A stretch of 63,837 bases of DNA, the filler included, from Ministeria vibrans ATCC 50519 (lineage: Eukaryota; Protista; Filasterea): the NCBI GenBank assembly GCA_943704425.1. It is 4 parts of 4 records of this genome, joined end to end, with 100 filler letters (N's around TTAATTAATTAA, not from the genome) between each part and the next. Parts side by side here need not be neighbours in the genome. Positions count along the whole stretch, not along the records: positions 38,643 to 63,837 come from CALSCP010001226.1; 3 more parts are not named here. One strand, 5' to 3'. The notes under the pieces were generated by a model, which was not told where the DNA came from, searched no databases, and saw nothing but the letters and a program-made list of their open reading frames with translations. The position numbers and the translations under genes are program-made. Shown one piece after another: positions 52,314-63,837 of this stretch. Position 1 is the first letter of the stretch. Each line of letters opens with the position of its first letter.

Positions 52314-52713
52314 AACGAAAAAGTGAAATGGGGTCAGTGCGCAACAAGGCGACCCGCAATCCCCACAGCAATGACAGAAACAGCTATGAAAGTACAATGC
52401 AGATGTGATCCTCCGCTGCACAGCACTGTAACAGCCCTGACGCCGATTTGGCGAGAATGACATGAGATTTTTTTTTTTTTTTTTTTTTTTTTGTGTGATT
52501 CATTTGTTTGGCACCAGCGCAAAAGCGAGCGTAGCAATGGAAGAGCAGGGCGGGGGCAGACGGGGGAAGGGGAGCAGGCAGCGGGCGCACCTTGAGGAGG
52601 AGCGAGAGGGGCTGGCCGATGCCACCGGCTGCGCCCAGGACGGCCACCTTGGCCATGTCGGCGGCGGAGGAGTGCAGGCCACGCGTGGCGCGGATCAAAG
52701 ACGTGCGAAGCAT
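50927..52713 (-). CDS. MDH2: Mitochondrial malate dehydrogenase, multi-exon
   Basis: Presequence, [83 protein letters not shown]. Confidence 0.98.
51280..51485. repeat. Intronic imperfect ~60-bp tandem repeat in MDH2
   Basis: at(c/g)aagtgt(a/g)attg...tgtgtgag...ttatggt occurs 3-4 times. Confidence 0.7.
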
Positions 52714-52911
52714 GTTAGGTTGGATAAAGTGCTGAAAGAGGAGAAAAAGTAGTTCGAGTGACTGATCAAGACAGACACTCACTCATTAACTCGTTTCTGC
52801 TCTCTTAAGTCTTAACTGTTTTTTGTCACACTTGTACTGTCAGACTCGTTGGGGAGGGACGAATAGCCAATAAGGCGGCTGGTGTTCTGAAAGGAAAGAG
52901 GCTCTTCCTCT

Positions 52912-54955
52912 ATGGCGATTTGGCCACTTTTGACGCTGCTGTGTGTGTGCCACGTCTCGTCCACTGTCACGCCGCATCCCGGGCTTGTGAGGCGCCCTTC
53001 TCTGGTTCCGCGCGAAGCACAGGTATCCTTTGAGTGTGTAGCAGCGGCTACCGACCAGCTGTGTGTGATTTTGTGTCTCTCATCTGTAGGACAAGACTCA
53101 CTCGTTTGGTGTTCTTCCTGCGACGTTTGATGGACTCATCAGTGGCGTGTGGGCCATTGACGACGACGCCAACAATGAGGACCATGGCGACAGCGCATTG
53201 CCACCAACACAGATGGGCTTTGACGCGAGCGTGTCCAGCGGCAGTGTCCTGGCACTGCTGCGTACCTCCACGGCAGCCAACGACACGGTCGCCGACCTGG
53301 TGGCCGTTGGCGGTGTCTTCCGTCTGCGCGAGACGCACTACGCTGCCTCCAAACACATTCGCTACCACATGGGCGGGTACTACAATCGTCGCAGTGGTGA
53401 TTTGGTTCTTCTGGGCGCACGCGAAGGCACTCCGCTCGAACTGCTCTCGCTCATTCCCAACGCAACACACTCCTCATCTGCGTCACCCACAGCACACACA
53501 GTCAATGCACTGGTCTCACGCGAAGCACACGCACTTCTCAAACAGCGTACTGCGTCCCTTCGAGACCAGTGGCGTCGCTCGCGTTTGTCTCAGGCGCAAC
53601 TTGAACAGGAAGACGAGTCGATTCTCGCGCGCATTCTCAAATGGGAACTCAGACAGTCAGAGTCCTTTCAAACTCGCTCATTTCTCTATTGCAAAGGACG
53701 TGTTTTGCCGCAGGGCAAACGGACAAGCCCCTACCGCGAAAAACCGCTTGAAATTCAACTGAAAATGTCGTTTGGAAGTCACTCTGGACATTCCATCCAA
53801 ACGAGTCTTATTTCATTGGACAATCCGAAAAATACCGAAAAAACGCAAAAGATCACATACTTGAGCGTTGGGATCTCACTGGCACAGCTCAGCGCACTGT
53901 TTCTGCTCACACGCCACGCAAATCAGTTTTTTTCAAGTGCGTCTCTTTCGCGGTTCTCTCTCGCTTCCATTGCAATAAATTCTCTTTTGAGCGCTTATCA
54001 GTCGTTTGCGCTTCTCTTTTGCGTTGCGCTGTTTCCCTCTGCGCATTTGTCGCTGTCCATTGCGGGGTTTCTTTCTCTCACCGAAAGTCTGATGGAAATT
54101 CGTTTTTTCATTCTCATTTGGAGAGTAAGTCAACAAATTGATCCATGTTGTAATTTTAACTTTGGTTCGATTAGGTTCGAAGAAACACAACCGAAAATGC
54201 CACTGAAATCTCAATGAGACGGCAGTTGTCTAATTTGTATTTGCGTTACTGTAAGAACTGATTGTGACTAAGTTATTTAAACATTTTTTTTTGTTGTTGT
54301 TGCAGATGTTCTGTTGATTTTGGGACTACTTCTCATTCAGCAAGCGGGCACAGTTCATTTGCCGGTTCTGTTGCCGTTTCTTAGTCTCTCACTCGCACCA
54401 CAAATAGTCCATTCGGTTCACACAAATCAGGCCCTTTCAGTCCGTTCCGTTCGGTTTTTGCTCGTTTCGCACTTTTCGCGCCTTTTCCTCTTTCTCTATT
54501 TCCTCTCCTGTCCGGAAAATCCCCTCTCAGTTCCCTCTCTGTCCCTTTCCTCTCTTCTTCTCTTTTTCTTTTCCCTTCAGTCACTTATCATTCTCTCCCA
54601 ATCTCACTTTGGCGCTCGTTTTTTCATTCCCGCACTTCTTCTCCCCAAACAATATAAATATGATCGCGTTCCGACCGCTTCCGATCCGCAATCGATTGAT
54701 TGTGTGATCTGTCTCTGTCCCATTGGTCCTACTCCCTTTATGGTTACGCCTTGTGATCATTTGTTTCACAAAGAGTGTCTTTTAGAGGTAAGGGAAAGGA
54801 AAAGGTCAAGTGCCAAATAGTGTGTTTGTGATTGATTTTTTTTTAATTTCTTTTATTTAAAGTGGATGAAAGTGAAAATGGACTGTCCATCGTGTCGAAG
54901 AGCTTTGCCGCCTGTCGAGCAAACTCATTTTGAGCGACATGGTGATTTTGTATAA
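52912..54955 (+). CDS. Transmembrane RING-H2 E3 ligase (Tul1/Dsc1/FLY1 family), multi-exon
   Basis: Signal peptide, lumenal domain, multi-TM region (EIRFFILIWR, PQIVH, LYFLSCPEN, QSHFGARFFIP...YKY), RING DCVICL...MVTPCDHLFHKECL..WM..KMDCPSCRRALP. Confidence 0.88.
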
Positions 54956-55868
54956 TGCAATGTAATTTTCATGTGTTTCTCATTTCAATTTTGCAGTCCA
55001 AGTAGGTCTTCACGATAGGGACCTAGAGTCCAAACCCACGACGTAGGAGAGCTCACACTACGTGCGATGGCCCATGTTGTTTAGTGCGTTCTTCGTGCGT
55101 TCATTCTTTCGGTGTTCCGTTCCTTTCATTCATTGATCAAACTCATAAGGGAAAATGAAAAATCTTTAGTCTGGTCTCTTTTTTTTGATTTTCCGGTATG
55201 GACACCTCCCTATACGACACGCACCTGTGTTTCCTCCCCTCTGGTCGTCTTCGCTTGCGGAGTCGACTCGAAAAGAACGCTTTTTGAAGAAAAAAAAACT
55301 CGCCGTGTTCTCCTTCTCTCGCTTCCCAATCCACTGTAAAGTGCACGGAAAGGGCGTCTTAGCGGACAGAGTGACGGGCGTCCACCGGCATGAGGCGCTC
55401 TGCCTTCCACTTGGGATTGTGGCGTTTTTTGCTCTCCTCGTTTCTCCTTGTGTGCTCCTTTTGCAGGGCGTTGGCGCGTTGCGGCGTCGTCCACTGTGCT
55501 GTGACGTGGCCGTGCGACATGTGACGCGGCAGATTTCGCAATGTGTTATGAAACATTCGTTGGCATGTGGCAAAAAGGTCTTTTTCGTTTTTGCACTGGG
55601 AATGCGCTCGCCCGCCCGTCCAGCACGCTGTCCCGCCTTTGCACCCTGTTGGCCCACACCACTAGCATCGTATCCGATTGCATCCCGCTCTAAACTCGCA
55701 CATTCTCTTTCTCGTTTTTTTTTTTTTTTTTTTTTTTTTTCTCGGTCTCTCTCTCACATTTTTCTGTGCTCTAGTGAATCTCTTGTCGCACTCCTCACCG
55801 AGCTAAGGCACCCATTTCTCCACCTGCAGCTTCATTGACTCACGGCATCACCCCCACCGACCACCATC

Positions 55869-56254
55869 ATGTCTGACAAGTCTTGCATCTACGCGGCGCT
55901 CATCCTCGCCGACGACAACGTCCCCATCACCGCCGACAAGCTCCAGGCCATCACCACCGCCGCCGGTGCCAAGGTCCAGCCTTTCTGGTTCAACCTCATT
56001 GCCAAGGCCTTCGAGGGTAAGCAGGAAAGAGGGAAAGCGACACATTTCGATTCTTCATCTTCTCTCTCTCCTTCTCCATCTTAGGCAAGGACGTCAAGGA
56101 GCTCCTCTCCAACGTCGGCTCTGCTGCCCCCGCTAGCGGTGGCCCCGCTGCTGCCGCTGCCGCTGGTGGCGATGCCCCTGCTGCCGAGAGCAAGAAGGAG
56201 GCGGCCAAGGAGGAGTCTTCGGACGACGACATGGGCTTCGGTCTCTTCGACTAA
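55869..56254 (+). CDS. RPLP1: 60S acidic ribosomal protein P1, 2 exons
   Basis: [11 protein letters not shown]...ITADKL...QPFW...KA; Ala-rich hinge; [14 protein letters not shown]. Confidence 0.97.
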
Positions 56255-56566
56255 GCGCCTCTATTGCATGAGCGGTTGATTCTTTTTTCTCACAGTGAAA
56301 CGTTTCAACTTTCAGTGTATCACAGTAGTTTAGACGTGTTTTAGTGTTGTGAGGCGTAGTTTACTTTTTTATGAGTCTGCATAAGACATAAAGGTATTGA
56401 TTATACGACGATGACCCCATTGTTAGTTTCTTCTTTTTTGATTCGAAATAGACACTCTCACTAGACAATTTGGAAGACTGGGACGGTTGCGATACGAGTT
56501 CAGTTGCATTGAAAGATGGTCGAATTTTTTTCTTGATTTGATATTTCACAATATTTTTGCGAATCG

Positions 56567-58062
56567 ATGAGCGGACCGTGGGACCGTGTCGCGGTGGCGG
56601 CCGGTCTGGCGTACGCCTCCAACATGGAGCCGATGATGTCATACGAGGGCGAACGATACCGCGTCGATCCGCCACGATCCGATCTCGATTAATATTTCTC
56701 GTTGGGCGCGGACGGAAAGGTTCTGTGTCGCTGGCCTGTGGCGGGCGGGGGGGTGTGTCGGTCGCGCGGGTGTGTGGGCGAGGATGTACGTCACCAGTTT
56801 TGCAGCTGTCACTTCTCCAGCAAGCACCGCATTGTCTGTGTCGTCTGCAATTCGTATGTTGGTTCAAGTCATCTCAATAGTCACGTTGCTTCTCAGCACA
56901 GCAACACATTCACAGCAGCCGTCATGGAACGCGGTCCGCTGGAGGACAGAGGATGAAAGACGATGTACCTGCGAGAAGTGCGTGCGGCATTGGAGCGCAA
57001 CGGAGAAGAGGAGGACGTTGAGAGAGAAGTGGCCAAGGTGTTTGGTCGTTGCGAGTACGAACAAGTCCCAATGGGATTTGTGACGTGGTTGGCGATGGCA
57101 CGGGGCGAGAAGGAGGATGAGGAGGGCACGAGTGTGTTTGAGATGCTCGGGAATGGCAAGGTGCGGTGTCGGTGTCGACTTGTGGACGGACGAGTGTGTG
57201 GGGGAAAGGGATTTGCACCTGAGCGTGTTGGGCAGCATTTCTCAAAGTGCCATCCTCGGAATGTATTCCGCGTCAACTGTGTGGTGTGCAAGCAGGATGT
57301 GCCGTCATACCGAAACTGGTTCAAGTAACATCTGTTGCAATCGCACAGTGATGTGTTTGGTCGTGGCTGTGACTGGCAAAGAGTGTACTCTTCTCTTGTG
57401 CGCAGTGAACTGGAGGAGCGCAATGCGAGGGAGTCAGTGATTGTGCGCGAGCTGCAGTTATTGCGTGAGGGTGAGCGAGTGCCGTCGTCGTTTTNNNNNN
57501 NGTGTACTCTTCTCTTGTGCGCAGTGAACTGGAGGAGCGCAATGCGAGGGAGTCAGTGATTGTGCGCGAGCTGCAGTTATTGCGTGAGGGTGAGCGAGTG
57601 CCGTCGTCGTTTTCGGAGTGGCTGTCGTGTGCGCAGAAGGAAGAGAGGAGTGGTTGTGGTGCGGTGGACCTCGACGCGTCGTTTGAGCGACTGTCCAATG
57701 GTCGGTTCAAGTGTCGAATAGTGCGACCCGCGACGGGACAGGGGTGTGACTATGCGGCATTCACAAAGGGGCGCGTGGGTGATCATTTCAGCATGTATCA
57801 TGTGCTGAGTGTGTATCGCACTCGATGTGCCATTTGCTCGCAATCAGTGTCACAGGCAGGCAAACTGCGTGATCACCTGCGCACTCGACACTCATCCGAG
57901 TTCACGAGCACCGTGTTGGCGTCCAACTGGAAGGATGTGCACAGTGAGTGTGTGCGGAGTGCGATGTTGAGAGAGGGAAAGAGCGAAAGTGCGATTGAGA
58001 GAGAATTGTCGATTTTGTATGAGCATGAGAGACTACCAATAAACTTCCACTGGACCGTCTAA
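56567..58062 (+). pseudogene. Intronless gene of three tandem ~130-aa units, each with two C2H2-like zinc fingers, interrupted by three in-frame stops
   Basis: One frame from ATG 56567 with TAA 56690, TGA 56954 and TAA 57326; unit = F...G...CR...C...H/Q F...H...R..C.(V/I)C...H....HS..F...W.....VR..(L/M)...E....RE. Confidence 0.7.
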
Positions 58063-59541
58063 CAAACTATTTATTTGTGTAGGCAGAAACGTCTTTGATA
58101 TAATAATATGTTTTGCGTTTTTGCTACTGGGTGGGTGCTGGTTAGTGGTTGGTGTTCCAGTGGTGTAGAAGAAGTAGAACGGTGTACACTGTTCCACACA
58201 CAGTTTTCCGTCGCCTGTAGAACTGCACGCGCTTCAAGATCTCCGCCAGCGCCATAGCGCCCAGGTACTGTCCGCTTCGGCTTCTGCGAGGGTGAAGCAG
58301 CCGCTTCGGACGGTTCGATTGTCTTGTACAATGAAGCTTTTGCCCTACGTAGCTACTTCGTAGGGGACCGAAGAAATAATAAAAGCAGCACGCAGACACA
58401 CCGCAGTGCTGTGCGCGTGCAAGACACCACGCCCACATGCATGTATCGGTACCATTTGCCAGCGCGCCTGAAACATAATTAACCATGACTCGAGACACCA
58501 GTTATCCACAGAGCACTTTGACACATGCCAATCAGCGCCGCGGGCGTGACCATCGCCAACACCCAACGCGCGACGTGCAACAACGACGCCCTCAAGAAGC
58601 TCAAAGATATGTACTGTTGCTTAATTTATTGCAGGTGTGAACGCCTGAGCACCGAGATATATATTCGAATTCATTATGACGTGCATTAAATAATTAATTA
58701 TTACAGCTTTATTTTGCGCATCGAGACGCTGTTGTAAGGTTAATAGTCGGGAGCCGTTTGCAATTGTGGGTTAACGTTGACGGTCTCCATATTGTGGCTG
58801 ACGCTGATCATGGGAAGGAAAAGTATTGGTGGAGCCGAAGGGCAAGTGAACGAAGAATAGAGGGAGTATATCGCGTGCCACTCTCGTGCCACCCTCAAAT
58901 GCGGATGTTCTCCCCGCCAATTGCAAGCGCCAGCCTTGCGCTGGTAAAGACTTATGTATATGGTGATGATGTGGCGTATACGTATTTGGTGTCTATCGCG
59001 TCACTTGTCTGGCCATGCTATCAGCCAACCTGATGCCGCGAAGATGCCGCTCCCTCTCGATCTTCATTCGTTCTTCATTCGATCTTATAAGAATGCATCT
59101 TCTTCTTTTTCTAATATAGAAATTGTGTATATTGGCAATTTATTACCACTCACAAACACAATTACACAAACGAATATCAAATTTCGGCAACACATGGCAT
59201 GATTGCAAGGGGATAATACTTATTTTGGAGTAACGATTTGAATGATTGATCGTTCGAAACGAATTTATCCAAACTTCATCCAAACACCTCTCGGTTGGCT
59301 CTCTTCCTCCCTTCCCCGGGCACTAGGAAATAAGAAGTGAGTAGGAATAAAGAAATGGGATGGCAACTGCTCTATCGGAGGGAGAGCCATGGCGCAGTTA
59401 GACGTCCGCTCTGTTTGCTACTCATGAGGATCATCGGGCGCAAAGCACATGTCATTCCATCTCCTAGCAGCAGTTGCGACCTCTCTGACTCTCTTCAATC
59501 AAATACATTTGGATCACGCTCCATATGCTTTCAGCCTTTCA

Positions 59542-59593
59542 CTCCAACATTACAGTTTCCACTACCGCTCTACTGCCGTTTGGATCAAATCAC
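59542..59593 (+). promoter_or_regulatory. Conserved 52-nt upstream element (copy B), ~56 nt before the CWF19L1 ATG
   Basis: ctccaacattacagtttccactaccgctctactgccgtttggatcaaatcac; 4 substitutions and 1 indel relative to copy A. Confidence 0.5.
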
Positions 59594-59649
59594 GATCAAT
59601 CCCATTTATGATATGACTTGAGTCATAAGTCATTTTTATCATTGCAGTA

Positions 59650-61242
59650 ATGGCATCTCTGAAAGTGTACACTGTCACAGCACGCTGACCCAGCGCCGCC
59701 CCTCCCAGGCCTTTTGCTAACCCTCTCTTGTGTTGCAGGCTCGTCAGCGGCACGTGCGATGGCCGAATGCAAAGCTTGTTTCAGCGAGTCGAAACCGTCA
59801 ACGTAACAGTTCCGCCGTTTGCGCCCTTGCGCCTGCTCCATCGCCTTCCGCCTTGCCTGGAGAAGCACACGGCGTGCCTCTGGCGCCCCCGTCTCCATCG
59901 CTGCCCCCCTGCAAGACTCTCTTCTCATCGCAATGCGAATCCCATTGAATCTTTCCCTTTCCGCATTTCCTCTTTTGCTCTCTTGTCTTCCCCGACCCGC
60001 GAGCGCACCGAGAGCACCTCTCCTGCCTTCCCCTGTTTTCGTGCGTTTGCACCATTCTTCTCCCTGTGTCGTGAAATAGCCACAAACGACGAATGACTCA
60101 ACTTGCAACTTATTCATTCTCTCTCTTGAATTTGATCTGTCCATTCGCAGAAGAAAGCGGGTCCCTTTTCCGCACTGTTTGTCGTCGGAAGTTTCTTTGG
60201 AACGAACGGAGGAGATGGTATTGAGTGGATACCGTACGCGGCGGGCACAGCGAAAGGTATTGAGACAAATCTTGCCAGTGTGCGCGACTGTTATTATACT
60301 ATACTAAATAATAATAATAATTAATTTATGTTGTTCTCTTTTCTTCAGTTTCCGTTCCAACGTACGTTCTGGGACCCAATCGTGAGGCAGAGTCAAGCGG
60401 ATATGGAAAGTCGTTCTCAGTCGGATCAGAAATTGCCCAAAACGTCACCTTTCTTGGTTTGTTTACACCACAGCGCACATCTGTGCATCAGCTAATAGTA
60501 TGTCCCTGTCAGGTCGCAGTGGAATATTTACGACGGGAGAGGGACTCACAATTGCGTACTTGAGCGGAAGATACGATCCAGTGGAATATGCGAAAACGGG
60601 TTCGATTGGTCAGGTGAGTCGCTATCTTTTTGCCTGTTTTGGGAATGTGGGTACTGAATTTTGTTTTGTTTTGTTATTGTTGATTCTTTTAGCCTTGTTA
60701 TCACTATCGACAGGACGACGTGTCGGCTCTGCTTGCGCATACACTCACTGAGTCGTTTTCGGGAGTGGATGTGTTTCTGTCGGCTGAATGGCCCAATGGG
60801 ATCACGACTCACGCGAACCGATATGAAGGTACTACAGTAGAATTGAGAGTATCTGACAGACAAGGCCGTAACGATATGAATAGTCTCTATTGACAAGCAT
60901 ATTCCAAATCCTAATAATGTGTTTTTTCCTAACCCTAACCCTAACTCTAACCTCTAACCCGACTCTCTCTACTCTCAATTTTCTCTCACTCTTACACCAA
61001 CCCTAACCCTAACCCTAACCCTAACCCTAACCCTTATCTTCTGCGCTAGGGTGCAACCCCCGCTGGTCCCCTCCCGTTGCTGCCCTTGCTGCCGCCCTCC
61101 GTCCCCGCTACCACTTCACTGCCGGCTACAATGGCTTCTACGAACGCGTTCCATACAGAAACCACCAAGAAGCAAAGTACTTTCGCACAAATAACATAAT
61201 TTCTAAAGATAATTATAATAATAATTATATAAATAATTAATA

Positions 61243-61275
<33 letters not shown>

Positions 61276-62159
61276 ATAATATTATAATTATATAATTATA
61301 GTTATTATAATTATATATATAATAATATATATAGTTGCACACATACATATATACTCACACTTTCCCGCACGCACTCATTCATACACATACACGATTGCTA
61401 AACTCATTCTTTTTCTTTTGACGCAGGGAACGAATCAAACCAGTCACTCGATTTTTTTCCATCGCGTCAGTCGGAAACCAATCCAAAGCAAAAGTATAAG
61501 GGGTCAACCTTTTTCGATTCACTCACTCACTCTCTCTTTCCTATTTCTAGAGTCTTTATGCATTCAACGTGGTTCCCAAGAAGGATCTCCCACTCGAGAC
61601 GCTCAATGCTCAGCCTGAAAATGCCTCGGACTTTCCCTTTACCAAAAACGACACGTCAGGAGCAGCACAAATGGTAATGATCATCAATATATCACCCTTA
61701 AAGAAATGGAAGAGAAAACTGTCGTGCACGATTGGAATGTTATTCTTTCTTTAGTCTCTCTCTCTCACACAATTGAAATCTTATTCTTTCCTTAGTCTTT
61801 CTCTTACACACAATTGGAATCTTATTCTTTCTTTAGTCTCTTACTCACACGACAGGTCAATCTTCCTCCTTTTTCTTTGGCCAAATCGACCAAACACAAT
61901 CAGTCCATCAGCGCAAACGCAAACCAGAACACTCACACGAACACCAACAGAAAAAGAAGGTACACTCATATATTCTCAAAATTCATTCAAACTATGCACA
62001 ACAATGGCGCACTCATACTCATACGACTGTGCTCTTGTACTTCTATACTCAATCTAGAGTCCGTGTTGGTTCTGTCTGGGCAGTCCACATGTCGAAAAGC
62101 ACTTAGTGACAAGCATTGCGTCTAATGCATATCTCGCTTTGCCAAAGGGGGGTAGGATT

Positions 62160-62253
<94 letters not shown>

Positions 62254-62254
62254 A

Positions 62255-62347
<93 letters not shown>

Positions 62348-63108
62348 ACCAAATACTTTAACCACAATCATAATTATTATGATTCACACACTGAAAAAAT
62401 GAATGCTCTTTTAGGTCTCACAAAAACACACTGTCTTGTGCTTCCCATTGCGCACTTTGCTCACTCATTGGCGGTGGATGCTGCCACCAAGGGCGATTTG
62501 ATTCGCTACAAAAACGCACTGTTTGCATTCCATCGGTCCAAAGGGGAAACACCCATTGCGTATGAGCGTCACTTAAAAGGGCAACACATGCAGATCCAGA
62601 TTGTGGGCATTGCGGGTGGAAAAAGCGCGGCTGAACTGCGCGAAGCCATCCGCAGCACATTTGGGCACATGAAATGGGACGAGAGTGTGACCCTGAGTGA
62701 GTTTGAACAGAGACTGCCCAGGGTGAATCGTGATGGCCAATCCGTGTCGGGTGCAGATGGACAAGAGGGAGGAGGAGGAGGCGACAGTGAGATTGTGATG
62801 CCCAGTTGGATTGTCTTTGAGTTTGATGATGGCGTGCGCTTGTGGAGTGTCCAGAGTGCAGAGCGTTTTGATTTGCAAATTGGAAGGTACGCAGAAAGAT
62901 TTACTTTGTCACCTCACCCAATGACACGGCACATTTGTCTTACAGAATGGCGCTTGCGAGCGCGAAACTACTGAATGTGCCGAATCGCGTTGACTGGCGC
63001 AAATGTGCTCTGTCGTCCGAAGAGGAAACTCAGTGGGCCAATGAGTTCCGCGAGTCCTTTAAGCCATTTGATTTTGCGCTGGAGGACAGCGATGAAGAAG
63101 ATGACTAA
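59650..63108 (+). CDS. CWF19L1: CWF19-like protein 1 (Drn1; inactive metallophosphoesterase plus CwfJ domain), many exons
   Basis: MASLKV-LVSG...[27 protein letters not shown]...[26 protein letters not shown]...[33 protein letters not shown]...H.L.LPI.H, HMQIQIV, FKPFDF. Confidence 0.93.
60927..61033. repeat. Interstitial telomere-like (CCCTAA)n runs inside a CWF19L1 intron
   Basis: cctaaccctaaccctaactctaa at 60927 and (ccctaa)x5 at ~61000-61033. Confidence 0.85.
62162..62346. repeat. Long intronic (CA)n microsatellite (others at 18245, 28580, 31478)
   Basis: About 180 nt of near-perfect CA repeat. Confidence 0.95.
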
Positions 63109-63837
63109 AGTCAATCGAGAGTGTGTTTTGTGTGAATGATTGTGTCAGTGAAATCAAAGGAGTCTAATAAAATTAATTTAAAGTACTAGTAGCATATCAC
63201 ACCCCTCTCCCATCCATCGCTTATCAGGCTACAACTCAATGCTTCACCCCCGACAAACACTCTACCTTTGCATCAATTCACAAAATTCTTACGACTTGCT
63301 CTGCATACAAATTTAATACTGTCGAAAACACAGGAGAGAAATCCGTCTCAGCTTTCCAAACCGGTGTCCCCCCACACACCAACAATACACCTTTGCCACT
63401 ATTCAGGGCGTTTTTTCCCGTATAACGCACAGGCAACACAAAAAGTATATTTTGTGAAAATACCATTATTTTACCATATTAATATCACCTCACACCATGT
63501 GCCAGAATTCCAAATACACCCAAAACCACTGATCTCACACGCGATATTACCTATCATCAAACACACCCACGGACACCAACCCTCAAACGCCATCCTTTGC
63601 CACGGCACACTCAATCCAAAGCCATTCCCATATCTCAACATGTGACTTGTACAATATTTCTTTGAATCCTTTCCCTTACAAACAAACACGCAACACAACA
63701 CGCACACCCTCCACAACCCCTGGCCTTCTTCATGGGGAGAGTGAAAAGAACTCTTCCAGGAGAAATCTAAAGCAAAAAACACTTTAAAAAGAACGACTTG
63801 AAGCATTAGATTGGACACGGTGAAGCGTGACGGCCCT

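Noticed and set aside
57383-57612. Exact ~112-bp direct repeat flanking a 7-N gap
   Set aside because: Typical unmerged contig overlap in scaffolding; collapsing it restores a continuous frame.
58100-59500. Assorted 70-120-aa ORFs between the zinc-finger gene and CWF19L1
   Set aside because: No motifs, codon bias or coherent splice pattern; GGTTCGA at ~58312 is not in a tRNA cloverleaf.
62054-62402. ORFs with HTHTHT/CVCVCV runs here and elsewhere
   Set aside because: Translations of intronic (CA)n microsatellites.

Overview
Gene-dense, intron-rich eukaryotic nuclear DNA in the standard genetic code, with introns full of (CA)n, (GA)n and poly-T. It is not one continuous locus: three artificial 100-nt spacers (N44-TTAATTAATTAA-N44 at 18743, 34792 and 38543) join four contigs. 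Gene content points to a unicellular, non-metazoan holozoan (inference): Csk SH3-SH2, LRRFIP, TMEM55, forkhead and filamin/SH3BGR occur alongside a fungal-type PHP histidinol phosphatase and a Tul1/Dsc1 E3 ligase. Recognisable genes are spastin, an ERGIC-53-like lectin, an MRH-domain receptor, eL41, a Csk fragment, eEF2, a CPI-motif protein, RapGAP, a bacterial-like secreted protein, a divergent forkhead factor, TMEM55, LRRFIP, MUS81, MRPS16, MUB/UBL3, GH29 fucosidase, a CH-CH-filamin-SH3BGR fusion, HIS2, a REJ-GAIN membrane protein, kinesin-6, Ro60, MDH2, TUL1, RPLP1 and CWF19L1. The oddities most worth checking are: (1) a triplicated zinc-finger gene whose single frame is broken only by three stops (TAA, TGA at a conserved Trp, TAA); (2) a 51-52-nt element just upstream of two unrelated genes; (3) splice-acceptor-like sites just before the ATG of many genes (5'UTR introns or trans-splicing); (4) an in-frame Csk::eL41 junction that is probably a misassembly; (5) the filamin-SH3BGR fusion. 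No tRNA, rRNA, CRISPR array or transposase was recognised. All homology calls come from recalled motifs, not database searches.
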